From Leucoraja erinacea (Eukaryota), in NCBI RefSeq assembly GCF_028641065.1, contig NC_073400.1, forward strand, positions 19,778,194-19,842,000: a stretch of 63,807 bases of DNA. The letters run 5' to 3'. Position numbers and translations under genes: made by a program. Positions 50,201 to 61,034 of this stretch are shown one piece after another. The number at the start of each line of letters is the position of its first letter. Within the stretch, counting starts at the first letter, position 1. The notes beneath the pieces are model-generated. The model had not been told where the DNA came from. It made no database searches and saw nothing but the letters and a program-made list of their open reading frames with translations.

Positions 50201-52309
50201 AATGTAGAATAATGTGGGTAACATGTTCAGACTGAAGAAGGGTTTCGACCCGAAACGTTGCCTATTTCCTTCGCTCTGTAGATGCTGCCTCACCTGCAAA
50301 GTTTCTCCAGCATTTTTGTCTACCTTCCATTTTCTAGCATCTGCAGTTCCTTCTTAAACATACATGTAACTACAATCAAGCTATACACAAGCAAAAAGAA
50401 AAATTCCAGAATGCAGAATATATTTTTGCAGCATTGTAATGTTAGTTTCAAAGTTATTGTAATGTTAGTTTCATTTACAAATCTTCCACAGATCCTCTAT
50501 AACCTTTCACTACTCTCCTTAAATATATATCTTCTATTAGAAAAATCTATTCACACTACAGGGCTCAAAATTAACGGTTGCCTGGGTGCCATTGACCACT
50601 CAAAGCGCCGCCGGGCAACTAAACACCGAGTCATTTTGCCCGGCTTGGCAACCTATTCATACTATCTCCCCTATCTAAGTCCCCCATGATGTGGTGCATT
50701 TATAACAGCACTCCTCCACTCTCAGCCACCACCACTCTAAAGAAAACAAACCCAACCAATCCAGTCTCCCCTCATAACTGAAACACTCAATCCCAGACAA
50801 CATTTTGATGAATCTCCTCTGCATTGCTCCAGTGAAATAGAAACATAGAAAATAGGTGCGGGAGTATGCCATTCGGCCCTTCGAGCCTGAACCGCCATTC
50901 TGTACGCTTTCCAACTTAATGGCATATCTCCTATTTCATGTTGACCAAAATTGAACTCAATACTCCAAGTGTGGTTTCATCACAGTTTTGTACAACTGCA
51001 AAATATGATCATGGCTGATCATCCAACTCACACCCTTTCTCTAGTGTGATGGCCAGAATTGTACACAATATATTCCAGCTGTGGCTTAATCAATGTATTA
51101 TAACATTGATCTCTGGAGGGTCTCGTACGACAGAGGGACTGAGTACAAGTACATAGTTCCCTGAAAATAACATCACAGGTTGACAGGGTGGTGAAGAAGG
51201 CTTTTGACATGCTGCCGTTTATCAGTATAGGCATTCAATATAAAAGTTGGGATGCTATGTTGCAGTTGTACAAAACTGTGATGAAGCCACAATTAGGGGT
51301 ATTGAGTTCAATTTTGGTCAACATGAAATAGGAGATATGCCATTAAGTTGGAAAGCGTACAGAACAATGTACAAGGATGTTGACATGACAGTGAGAGGTT
51401 GAGCTGGCTAGTACTTTATTTCTTGGAGAGTAGAATGCTGAGTGATCTTACAGAGATGTATAAAATCACGTATAGCAGAGATAGGGTGAACATTGCCTTT
51501 TCTCCAGGGCTTTAGAATCAAGAACTAGAAGTCATAACTTTAATGTGCGAGGGGAAAGATTTAGTGGAAAAGTTTGGGGCAATGTTTTCCACACAGAAGG
51601 TGGTACATAAATGGAATGTGCAACCTGATGAAGTGGTTGCAGTGGGTACCATAACAAAATTTAAAATACAATAAAGTCTATCTTCTATCCTTATCTCACA
51701 CCTTTTGTCTTCTCTAATTTCAGGTAGTCCTTGGTTTCTCCCTCCTTCCCCTCCCATTCCCAGCTCTCCCACAGCGTACTATCTCCGCCTCTTCCTTTCT
51801 TTTTCGTGCGCCCCACCCCACCCCCCCCCCGACATCAATCTGAAGAAGGGTCTCGACGTGAAACGTCGTCACTTCCTTCGCTCCATAGATGCTGCCTTAC
51901 CCGCTGATTTTCTCCAGCAACTCCCTGGTCAATTTGTCCCTTCCCACCCAATCCACCCCCTCTCCTGGCACTTTCCCAGGCAACCGCAGGAAATGCTACA
52001 TTTGTCGCTTTACCTCCCCCCTTGACTCCATTCAAGGACCCAAGCAGTCTTTCCAGGTGCGGGAGAGGTTCACCTGCACCTCCTCCAACCTCATCTATTG
52101 CATCCAATGCTCTAGGTGGCAGCTGCTCTACATCGGTGAGACCAAGCGTATCTTCAGTTTAAACCAGCATCTGCAGTTCCTTCCTACACACACGATAACA
52201 CGATACTATAAGATTGAACTTTATTAATCCCAGGAGGGAAACTGTGTGTATATATATATTATACACACGCGTACACACGCACGCACACGCAAATACACAC
52301 ATCTTATCT

Positions 52310-52397
<88 letters not shown>

Positions 52398-55300
52398 TAT
52401 TATATAAAAGTCTGTGGCTGCCGCCTGCCGTCCGTCCGTCCGGCTGCCTTTCTTCCTTTTGATTCGCTACTCCTTCCTATCAGCTTCCAACACACTTCAA
52501 AACAAAGTTGCAAGACAGGAACACTCTGAACTTTTCACCTCAATGGGATATCACAGCAAGTGCTGCAACAGGAGGGGGAGGGCCAATTGGTATTGCAATT
52601 TGAACTGCTGCAGCAAGCAGGGGAGGTGCAATTGGATTTTTTTTTCAATCCACTGCTGAGGGAGGCAGGGGAGTGCTGGAATCTTACATTTGGGAACGGC
52701 TTCAGTTCCGTTGGAGGAGACGGGTGCAAGGTGGAATATTGGGTTGGGGGAATCACACCATTGGGGGAGCAGACCCAACGGGTCTGCACTTGGTCTAGTA
52801 TGCTTTTAAAACTCTGGCCCCATCCGACCGACTGCCGACCGGCGCCCTTCCTGCCTTTCGATTCGTGCCCGATACTCGCAGATGTCCAATCGGAATGGCT
52901 GATGCTCGCAGATGTCCAATCGGAATGGATTCATTTGCATGTACGGCTGCCGGCTGCATTTCTTCCTTTGATTCATTGCCACGCCCAATCCAGACGCTCA
53001 CTCTCCGAGATATTTTCCATTTCGGTGCAGATTTCGCTTTTCTTTCTAAGTATCGGCTCCTCATTTCATTTTGTCGTGTTGAAGTTCACGTTTTTAATCA
53101 AATCCTTCACCCCCACCCACCCACCCCCAAGTATTTCAAAAAATAAACAGGCTTCTCCATTTACATGTCAGCTTCCAACACACTTCGAAACAAAGTTGAA
53201 AGACAGGAAGACTGAACTTTTCACTGCTGCAGCAGGCAGGGGAGGTGCCATTGGATTTTTTTTTAAAGAGGCAGGGCAGTGCTGGAATCTTACTTTTGAG
53301 AACGGCTTCAGTTCCATTGGAGGAGACGGGTGCATGGTGGAATATTGGGTTGGGGGATCACACCATTGGGGGAGCAGACCCAACGGGTCTGCACTTGGTC
53401 TAGTATATTACTAAAAGTCTGATCTTGACCGCTTTTGACTTGCTGTGCTGTGATTTCCGAGAGAACGCCACCACTACGGCCGTCATTTTTGGCCACCACG
53501 CTCAGAGCCCCCTTCCGGGACCGGAGGGATTTTCCCATCGATTAAAAATCAGAGAGATATCAATGTTTAAAAAAAAATTGCTATTCTCTCTGCTGCCCCT
53601 GCTGGTGGGAGGGGGGGAGGGACTATAAAACCCGGAAGTGGTGTGCATCACTCAGCCTCTGCAAGATGGAAGAAGCCAGAGGGTCATGTCTCTCTGAGCT
53701 TTGAATAACACTAAACACATGTCTACTCAACTGTGAGTCCCCTTAATGTGCTTTGAAAATGAAAATATGGTTGGTTTGAAGTTAAAAGGCACAACTACAA
53801 ATGGTGGTTTGGGTGCTTTGGCTTGCAGTTAAAAGGCACTACTGCAAATGGTGGTTTGGGTGCTTTGGCTTGAAGTTAAAAGGCACTACTTTAAATGGTG
53901 GTTTGGGTGCTTTGGGTTTAAGTTAAAAGGCACTGCTGCAGATTGTGGTTTGGGTGCTTTTGCTTGAAGTTAAAAGGCACTACTGCAAATGGTGATTTGA
54001 GTGCTTTGGGTAACATCCTGTTTGCACTGTATATTGATTTTAGATAAAACGCTATCACTTACGGCTGTGATTTTTGGCCATCTTACTCAGTCCCCCTCCG
54101 CTCAGCAGGTGCAGAGGATTCTTCCCATCAATGAAAAATAAAAGTGTTATTACTGTTTAAAAAGTTGAGAATCACTCTCCTGTCAATCATGCCATGAAGG
54201 CCACACCTTTTCCAGAGGGAGGGGGAGGGGTTATAAAACCTGAAAGTGAGGGTGTGGCTCAGTCTCTGCATGATGGGGGAGGGAGAGGTCACAACTCTGT
54301 CTGAGCTGTGAATCAACTGAACACACTGAATGTCTACTGAACTGTGAGTTTGGTGTTTTGTGTGGTTTTATGGTGGTTTCACCCTGATTGAAATGGTATG
54401 AAACTGCATTTGAATGTGGTGGCGTAGCACCCTGCATGAAATTGTATGAAGCTGCATTTGAATTTGGTGACCTTACACCCTGCTTGAAATGTTATGAAGC
54501 TGCACTTGAAGTTGGCAGCCTTGCACCCTGCTGAAAGTGGTATAAGACTGCACTTGAATTTGGTGGCCTTGCACCCTGCTTGAAATGGTATGAAACTGCA
54601 CTTAAATTCAGTGGCCTTGTACCCTGCTTGAAGTGGCAGGAAACTGCACTTGAATTTGGTGGCCTTGCAGCCTGCTTGAAATGGAATTTCAAGGAATAGC
54701 CATGAGTCAACTGCCAGCCCACCAGCCGCAAGTGAGCTGCCAGCACATCAGGCTTGAGGGACTGAGCTGCCAACCCAAGAACCCATACCAGTTCTCCATA
54801 AAGCCCCCCCACTGGCCACCAATATTGGAATTGGTGGAGAGGTGGAATATTGCGTCGGGGGACCAGCCTTCCTGTGTGAACATGGGACCCAACAGGTCCC
54901 AATTAGTCTAGTAATCGTATATGTTTCAATAAGATATCCTCTCATCCTTCTAAACTCCAGAGTATACAAGCCCAGCCGCACCATTCTCTCAGCCATTGTG
55001 GGAATTAACCTTGTAAACCTACTCCCTCAATAGCAAGAATGTCCTTCCTCAAATTAGGGGACCAAAACTGTACACAATACTCCAGGTGTGGTCTCACTAA
55101 GGCCAATACAATTGCAGAAGGACCTCTTTGCTCCTATACTCAAATCCTCTTGTTATAAAGGCCAACATGCCATTCGCTTTCTTCACTGCCTGCTGTACCT
55201 GCATGCTTACTTTCATTGACTGATGAACAAGGACCCCCCAGATCCCGTTGTACTTACCCTTTTCCCAACTTGACACCACTTAGATAGTAATCTGCCTTCC

Positions 55301-58300
55301 TGTTTTTGCTACCAAAGTTGATAACCTCACATTTATCCACATTAAACTGCATCTGCCATGCATCAGCCTACTCACTCAACCTATCCAAGTCACCCTACAT
55401 TCTCATCTGTCATCTGCAAATTTGCTAATGTTACTTTGAATCCCTTCATCTAAATCATTGATGTATATAGTAAAAAGCTATTAAAGAACAACAGAAGGTA
55501 ACTAAAAAGGCAATATCGTGAAAAAATATAAAGAGTAAGAAAGAGGCAAGAGTGGAAGTTGGATCACTGGAGAATGATGCAGGAGAAGTGACAATGGGGA
55601 ATAAAGAAATAGCAGAGGAGTTAAATAACTTTTTTGCGTCAGTCTACACAGTGGGAGACACCAGCAATGTCCCTGAAATTCAAGAGAGCCAGGGGTTGGA
55701 AGTTAGTGGGGTGGTTATTACGAGGCAGATGGTGCTTGGGAAACTGAAAAGGCTGAAGTCACCTGGACCAGATGGACTGTACCCTAGTCTTCTGAAAGAG
55801 GCGGCTTTAGTGATTGTGGAGGTATTGACAGTGATATTTCATAAGTTCATAGGTTATAGGAGTAGAATTAGGCCATTCGGCCCATCGAGTTTACTCCACC
55901 ACTCAATCATGATTGATCTCTGCCTCCTAATCTACAATTTTACTTTTTTTTCAAGAATCACTAGAGACAGGAGAGGTCCTAGATGATTGGAAAGTTGCCA
56001 ATATTACCCTATTGCACAAGAAGAAGCAAAGCAGAATAGTGGGATCTATAGGTCGGTTAATCTGACTTTGGTCTAAAATCTTGGTAAGATTTTAGAGTCC
56101 ATTATAAAAGATGAGGTTACAGAGTACTTAGAAGTTCACGATAAAATAGGTCAAAGTCAGCATGGCTTTGTGAAGGGGAGGTCTTGCTTGACAAATTTGC
56201 TGGAATTCTTTGAAGAAGTAAATAGGAGGACAGACAAAGAGTCAGTAGATGTTATTTACTTAGATTTTCAAAAAGCCTTTGATAAGGTGCCACACGTGAG
56301 ACTGATAAGGAAGTCGAGAGCCCACGGTATCAAAGGGCAGATACTAGCATGGATAGCAGGTTGGCTGCATGGCAGAAGACAAAAAGTGGCAATAAAAGGT
56401 TTTTTTTCTGGTTGGCAGCCAGTGACTAGTGACGTTCCGTAGGGGTCGATGCTGAGGCCGCTACTCTTCAAGTTGTATATGAATGATTTGGACGAGGGGA
56501 TTGAAGGCTTTGTGGCCAAGTTTGTGGATGATATGAAAATAAGTGGAAGGTCAGGTAGTGCAGAGAAAGCAAAGAGTCTGCAGAAGGGCTTGGGATTGTG
56601 GGCAGACAAGTGGCAGATGGAATATAGTGTAGCAAAGTGTGGAATGATGCATTTTGTTCAGAGGAATAAAGGTGCAGACTATTTTCTAAATAGGGAGAGA
56701 ATCCAGAAATCGGAGGTGCATGATGGTCGGTGTGGACTCGGTGGGCTGAAGGGCCTGTTTCTACACTGTATCTCTAAACTAAACTTCTATAAGATGTATA
56801 TTATACAGATCATCCTCGTGCTCCAAAGAATAAAGTCCTAGCCTGCCCAAACTCTCCCTATAGCGTTGGCCCTCACGTCCTGGCCACATTCTTGTAAATC
56901 TTCCCTGTACTCTTTCCAGCCGAACAGCATCCTTCCTGTAGCAGGGTGACCAAACCTGAACTCCATTAACCATTCGTCAGCTCACCTGCCCAACTAATCA
57001 AGATCCTACTACAATATGTGACCCAGGATCTGCACGTGCTGGATTCACTCTGGAACACAGCACGCTACCCAGTCTGGGTCTGTGTCCGTCACAGTCCCAG
57101 GGCTGCCACTGTTGGCCAGGTTCTGGGCCGGTCTGAGTTGGGTCACACTCAGGTTTTTAAGGAACACTGGGACCACTCACAAGTGACAAAAGATATGGAA
57201 CTGGAGAGATTCCCAGGGAACAGAGCCATAAACAGGACACAGTGGAGAGTTTGTGGATGGGTGCAGGGAGTGTTCGGGAAGGGGGCACATCACACGTGTG
57301 GACTTGACGTGTGGGAAATGACATCACCCATCACCTCGTGGGACATGGAAAGACAATACAGGTTCATCACACAGCAGAGGTCGGGGACGTTGTGTACAGG
57401 TGCGAGGCCAGGAACCAGGTCAGTGAAGGCACGGCACAGATCCGGTTGAAGGACGTCTGCAAACAGACCACATCTGGTGAGTGTCAGAGGGCGAATCAGG
57501 TTTGAAGAATGTGGTGGTTTAATTGTTCATTGAGACAGTGCAGAGGGAGCTTCACATTTTGTTTTCCCTTCCAAGGACTTTATTCAGTAATTGCATATTA
57601 CAGTGTACCAGAAAGTACAAAAATGTTCAAGTCACATTGCATCAGGCAATCATCATAAAACACTAATGGCATCTTTACAATGCATTCATTGTAAAGATGC
57701 GGAAGGTCATTGTTCACGGAAGGCCACCAGAGTCCCCGTGGACACCACATGTTCCCTCTCCAGGGACACAATGGGAGCCAACAAAGAGCCATTGATCTTG
57801 ACAAGGCACTCTGCAGCAGTGTTCTATCCATGCTCTGTGAGTGTGTAAATGGACAGCGCTGTCACAGTTATTTGATGTCAGTCTACAGTGCGGGCCCCGA
57901 GTTCTTGCTGAGTTTGTGAACAAGGCCCAGTGCAGTCTCTCTGATGAGTGATCCCCTCTTCTTTCACCAGGGTTGAGTAGCTGTCTCTGTGGATGTTGGT
58001 TGAGGGCCACGGTCGTAGCCGTCCTGCTTCTGATTCTCATCTCAGTCACTGTCGCCACCCACATCATCAGTGAGTGCTGTTTTTAAGTGTTTGCAGTTAA
58101 AATGTAGAAACAATGAACTGCAGCCATTGTTTAATTCAGAAAAGGTCACAAAGTGCTGGAGTAGCTGCAGCAAGGAAACAGGTTCGCTTGGACATCTCCG
58201 AACTCTCCCTACCGTTTCTGAATATCACCGTCTCCATCACAGGAGACAGACTATTGACCGACATCTACTACTAACCTACTGACTCCCATAGATATCTAGA

Positions 58301-61034
58301 CTACACTTCTTCCCACCCTGCTTCCTGAAAAGACTGTCATCTACTCCCAATTCCTTCATCTATGCTGCATCTGCACCCAGGACGAGGCTTTCCATGATCA
58401 TCGGAGATGTCCTCATTCTATAGGAAACGGAATTTCGACTCTTCCATTATAGATGAGGCTCCCACTAGGGTCTCCTCGATATCCCGCAGCTCTGCTCTTG
58501 CTCCCCATTCGCAACAAGGAAAGAGTCCCACTTGGCCTCACCTTCCACCCCACCAGCCGTTGCATACAACATATAATCCTCCAACACTTTCACCACCTCC
58601 AACGGGATCCCACTACTGGCAACATCTTCCCATCTCCACCCCTTTCTGCTTTCTGCAGACACCCTTTCCTCCGTAACTCCCTAGTCAACTCGGCCCTTCC
58701 CACTCAAACCACCTTCTCCCCAGGTACTTTCCCCTGTAACTGCAGGAGATGCAACACCTGTCCCTATACCTCCCCCTTCAACTCCATCCAAGGACCCCAA
58801 CAGTCATTTCAGGTGAGGCAGGGGTTCACTTGCACCTCCTCCAACCTCATCTATGGTATCCGCTGTTCCAGGTATCAACTTCTGTACATCGGTGAGACCA
58901 AGCGCAGGCTCAGCGATCGTTTCGCTGAACACCTCCGTTCAGTTGCCTTAACCTGCCTGATCTCCCGGTTGCTCAGCAGTTTAACTCACCCTCCCATTCC
59001 CAATCTGACCTTTCGGTCCTGGGCCTCCTCCATTCTTAGAGTGAGTCCTAGCGCAAATTGGAGGAACAGCACCTCATATTTTGCTTGGGTAGCTTACACC
59101 CCAGCGGTATGAATATTGACATCAAATAGCCCTTGCTTTCCCGATCTTTCTATCCCCGCTCCCTTCCCAGTTCTCCCATCTCTTACTGTCTCCGACTACA
59201 TTCTATCCCTGTCCCGCCCACTGCCCTGCCAGCAATCTGAAGAAGAGTCTCGACCGGAAACATCACCCATTCCTTCTCTCCAGAGATACTGCCTGTCCCG
59301 CTGAGTTACTCCAGCATTTTGTGTCTACCTTAGGCTCAAGGATCCGACTAGTAGAACAGAAAAAGGCTCACTCATCTGTTTAGTTACAAATTTGTTTTTT
59401 TGGCAAGAGAGAACAAAAAGAACACTTGTCTCGGTATGCCCAGGGTCCAGTTTTACAGCAGCACACATCTCTCTCTCTCTCTGCCTCCATCTGCGGCGCT
59501 GATCGCGTCTCAGCCCGTCGGAGAACCGCTCTCGTACATGAACTTGAAAATTTCTCATATAACATTCCACCCCTTGAACAATCTGGTTACCGTCACATCC
59601 GGCCCACAGGCTTTACCTCGTCACATCCGGCCCACAGGCTTTAGTAAAGTCCACACGGTCGCACATAGAAGGCTGTAATATTATAGCCAACAAGATTGTC
59701 CCAATGGTCAGTTCCCAGTGCACCACTGTTGTCCACCAGCCTCCAAACATCCCGAAAGGCCACCATCCTCCCGGGAGATTGTAGTCATGGTACTGTTCTC
59801 CGACCCTTCCCCATGGCTTCCAGGATGTGGTCAGCGAGGATGGTGATGTTCTCTTTTACCTCACTCAGTGTCAAACCAGTCACTAAGTCTGTATGACCAC
59901 GCATGGTATAAATTAACCTGTTTTGTCAGAGGTCCCAAACTTTAATGTCATCAATACCATCAGAGATTATCTGATCGCTGTGTCATTAAACGTTGCTGCC
60001 AGTACCTGGCACGTGTTTTGAAACATATGGATTGCAGCCTTCTTCTGAATGTCCTATAGTTTAATTGTCTCGTCATTGCTTCCTGTACAGCCGTTGTGCT
60101 GGATAACATGAATTCAGAAAGGATGTGTGACCTTTAAGACCCTTGATTCGTTCACCCGTTTCATTATCTCACCGTCACACTGACCACTCCGAGCTCACTG
60201 AGTCCACACCGTCACACTGACCACTCAGCCACAGCGCCATGGGTCACAGACTGTTCAGGGAAATTCTCGTATAACAGTAGCTCAGCAGTTCAAGAAGCAT
60301 CTCTGGGGAACATGGATAGGCGGGTTTCTGCTCGATATCCTTGATTGTAGGGGCAGGAGAAAAAGGGTGGAAACGGGAATGGCAGGACAAAGCATGGCAG
60401 GTAAAAGATTGACAAAGGCGGGAGAGGGTGGTTGTTGATAGGCAGATGGTTAAAACAGAGGCCAGAGATAAGAAAGGAAGGTGAGAGACAGGTTTAAGAG
60501 CTCCAGCTTGTGAAGCCAGATGGGGATAATTAGTAAGTGGTGACCTAAAAATGGAGAATTTAATATTTATTTCACTGGTTTTTTTGAGCTATCCACATGG
60601 AATACGAGGTGGTCCTCCATTTAGTGTATGGCCTCACTCTGACAATGGACGAGGCCTAGGACAGAAAAGTAAGTGTGGGAATGGGGAGGGGAGTTAAAAT
60701 GATAGCAAATGGGAAATACAGTTGGCATTGGCGGACCAACCGTAACTGTTCATTGAAACAGACAATGAGTCCATGCTTGGCCTGCCCAGTGTACAGGAGG
60801 CTATGTTGGGAAAACTGGATGTAGTAATAGAGGTTAGAGGAGGTGCATGTGAACGTCTTTCTCAGCTGGAAGGAATGCTAGGGTCACTGGATAGAGGCGA
60901 GGGTGACGGTAAACGGACAGGTGTTTCATCTCATGTGGACTCTCGTAGGGTGCACTGACTTCTCTCCTATCTCTCTCCCCACAGGCGCCCGCCCTGTCAG
61001 TGGAACTGCAGACAGGCCTCACAAGACTGAATGA
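41148..61034 (+). CDS. Gene 2: CD2/SLAM-like protein, leader-IgV-(half C2)-TM-short Tyr-free tail; join(41148-41208,47710-48051,[49533-49748],57971-58069,60985-61034), 255 aa or 183 aa if the half-C2 exon is skipped; may be a decaying pseudogene
   Basis: All exons have AG/GT ends and compatible phases (768 nt, or 552 nt without the half-C2 exon). No intact C2 exon found. Confidence 0.65.
42410..44480 (+). repeat. ~2 kb G/A-rich polypurine low-complexity tract
   Basis: Almost only G and A on the + strand, with one ~110 bp interruption duplicated at ~44500-44615. Confidence 0.95.
44500..44850 (-). mobile_element. Helitron-like 5' end on the minus strand
   Basis: Reverse complement TCTTCTATTATATATTAAAAGTCTGTG matches the Helitron-like start at ~52392; it also shares CCAATCGGAAT. 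Confidence 0.5.
44880..46430 (-). mobile_element. Rex1/Babar-type LINE RT fragment
   Basis: [69 protein letters not shown]. Confidence 0.9.
47710..48051 (+). CDS. Gene 2 exon 2, CD2/SLAM-type IgV domain with no cysteines
   Basis: CTCTCCCAG acceptor, G|GTCAGT donor, 342 nt, phase 1-1. [50 protein letters not shown]. Confidence 0.9.
48438..48465 (-). ncRNA. Minimal hammerhead-ribozyme-like motif in a Penelope terminal repeat
   Basis: Reverse complement CTGAAGA-A-GGGT-TTCG-GCCC-GAAACGTC: core boxes, stem II, palindromic ACGT stem III and GUC site. Stem I is weak. Confidence 0.5.
49244..49340 (+). pseudogene. Degenerate N-terminal part of an IgC2 exon
   Basis: Good acceptor CTTTTCCCTGCAG followed by AG-CCG-GTG (EPV-like), then stops and frameshifts. 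Part of a ~290 bp tandem duplicate of the 49533 exon region. Confidence 0.55.
49533..49748 (+). CDS. In-frame but internally deleted IgC2 exon (C-terminal half only)
   Basis: CCCTGCAG acceptor, CAG|GTAGGT donor, 216 nt, phase 1-1. Retains [15 protein letters not shown] but lacks the B-strand Cys and C-strand Trp. Confidence 0.6.
50162..51710 (+). repeat. Paralog of gene 1 post-C2 intron (12010-12300, 12580-12760, 14754-15600)
   Basis: Colinear near-identical text. The hAT-like element is reduced to about 95 bp here. Confidence 0.88.
50232..50259 (+). ncRNA. Minimal hammerhead-ribozyme-like motif
   Basis: CTGAAGA-A-GGGT-TTCG-ACCC-GAAACGTT; stem I is not evident. Confidence 0.45.
51835..52195 (+). 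mobile_element. Penelope-like element fragments (terminal repeat and GIY-YIG piece)
   Basis: [27 protein letters not shown] flanked by the CTGAAGAAGGG terminal repeat. Confidence 0.85.
52308..52395 (+). repeat. (TCTA)n microsatellite
   Basis: Direct reading; it abuts the Helitron-like 5' end. Confidence 0.98.
53768..54010 (+). repeat. 47-bp minisatellite, ~5 copies
   Basis: Unit TGGTGGTTTGGGTGCTTTGGCTTGAAGTTAAAAGGCACTACTGCAAA. Confidence 0.92.
54390..54690 (+). repeat. 48-bp minisatellite, ~6 copies
   Basis: Unit GAAATGGTATGAAACTGCACTTGAATTTGGTGGCCTTGCACCCTGCTT. Confidence 0.92.
54912..55445 (-). mobile_element. CR1 RT fragment
   Basis: [31 protein letters not shown]; [11 protein letters not shown]. 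Confidence 0.88.
55490..56720 (+). mobile_element. CR1 RT fragment
   Basis: [38 protein letters not shown]. Confidence 0.9.
57311..57476 (+). pseudogene. 5'-deleted gene-1-type IgC2 exon remnant
   Basis: [55 protein letters not shown] with donor G|GTGAGT. The acceptor and first half are deleted (upstream intron homology jumps from GTGTGGACTT to GGGAAATGAC). Confidence 0.85.
57971..58069 (+). CDS. Gene 2 transmembrane exon ([33 protein letters not shown])
   Basis: CTTCTTTCACCAG acceptor, A|GTGAGT donor, 99 nt, phase 1-1, hydrophobic stretch. Confidence 0.8.
58195..59330 (+). mobile_element. Penelope-like element 3' part (RT C-terminus, Zn-finger linker, GIY-YIG, terminal repeat)
   Basis: [44 protein letters not shown], followed by the CTGAAGA..GAAAC repeat. 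Confidence 0.9.
60985..61034 (+). CDS. Gene 2 probable terminal exon, short tail [16 protein letters not shown]
   Basis: Strong pyrimidine tract ending CCCCACAG at 60984, phase-compatible with the TM exon, TGA at 61032-61034. Confidence 0.6.

Larger units (their letters stand above)
52390..54911 (+). mobile_element. Three head-to-tail non-autonomous Helitron-like units
   Basis: Each ends in a hairpin followed by CTAG|T: GCAGACCCAACGGGTCTGC..CTAG at 52795-52798 and 53400-53403; GGGACCCAACAGGTCCC..CTAG at 54908-54911. Starts resemble TCTA..ATA.AAAAGTC. Confidence 0.75.

Noticed and set aside
53768-54690. 47-bp and 48-bp repeats as a CRISPR-like array
   Set aside because: Contiguous tandem units with no unique spacers, in a eukaryotic Helitron-like context.
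59591-59643. 25-bp direct repeat CGTCACATCCGGCCCACAGGCTTTA (and a 20-bp pair near 60170-60230)
   Set aside because: Only two copies with a 3-nt gap, consistent with local slippage; no function is supportable.
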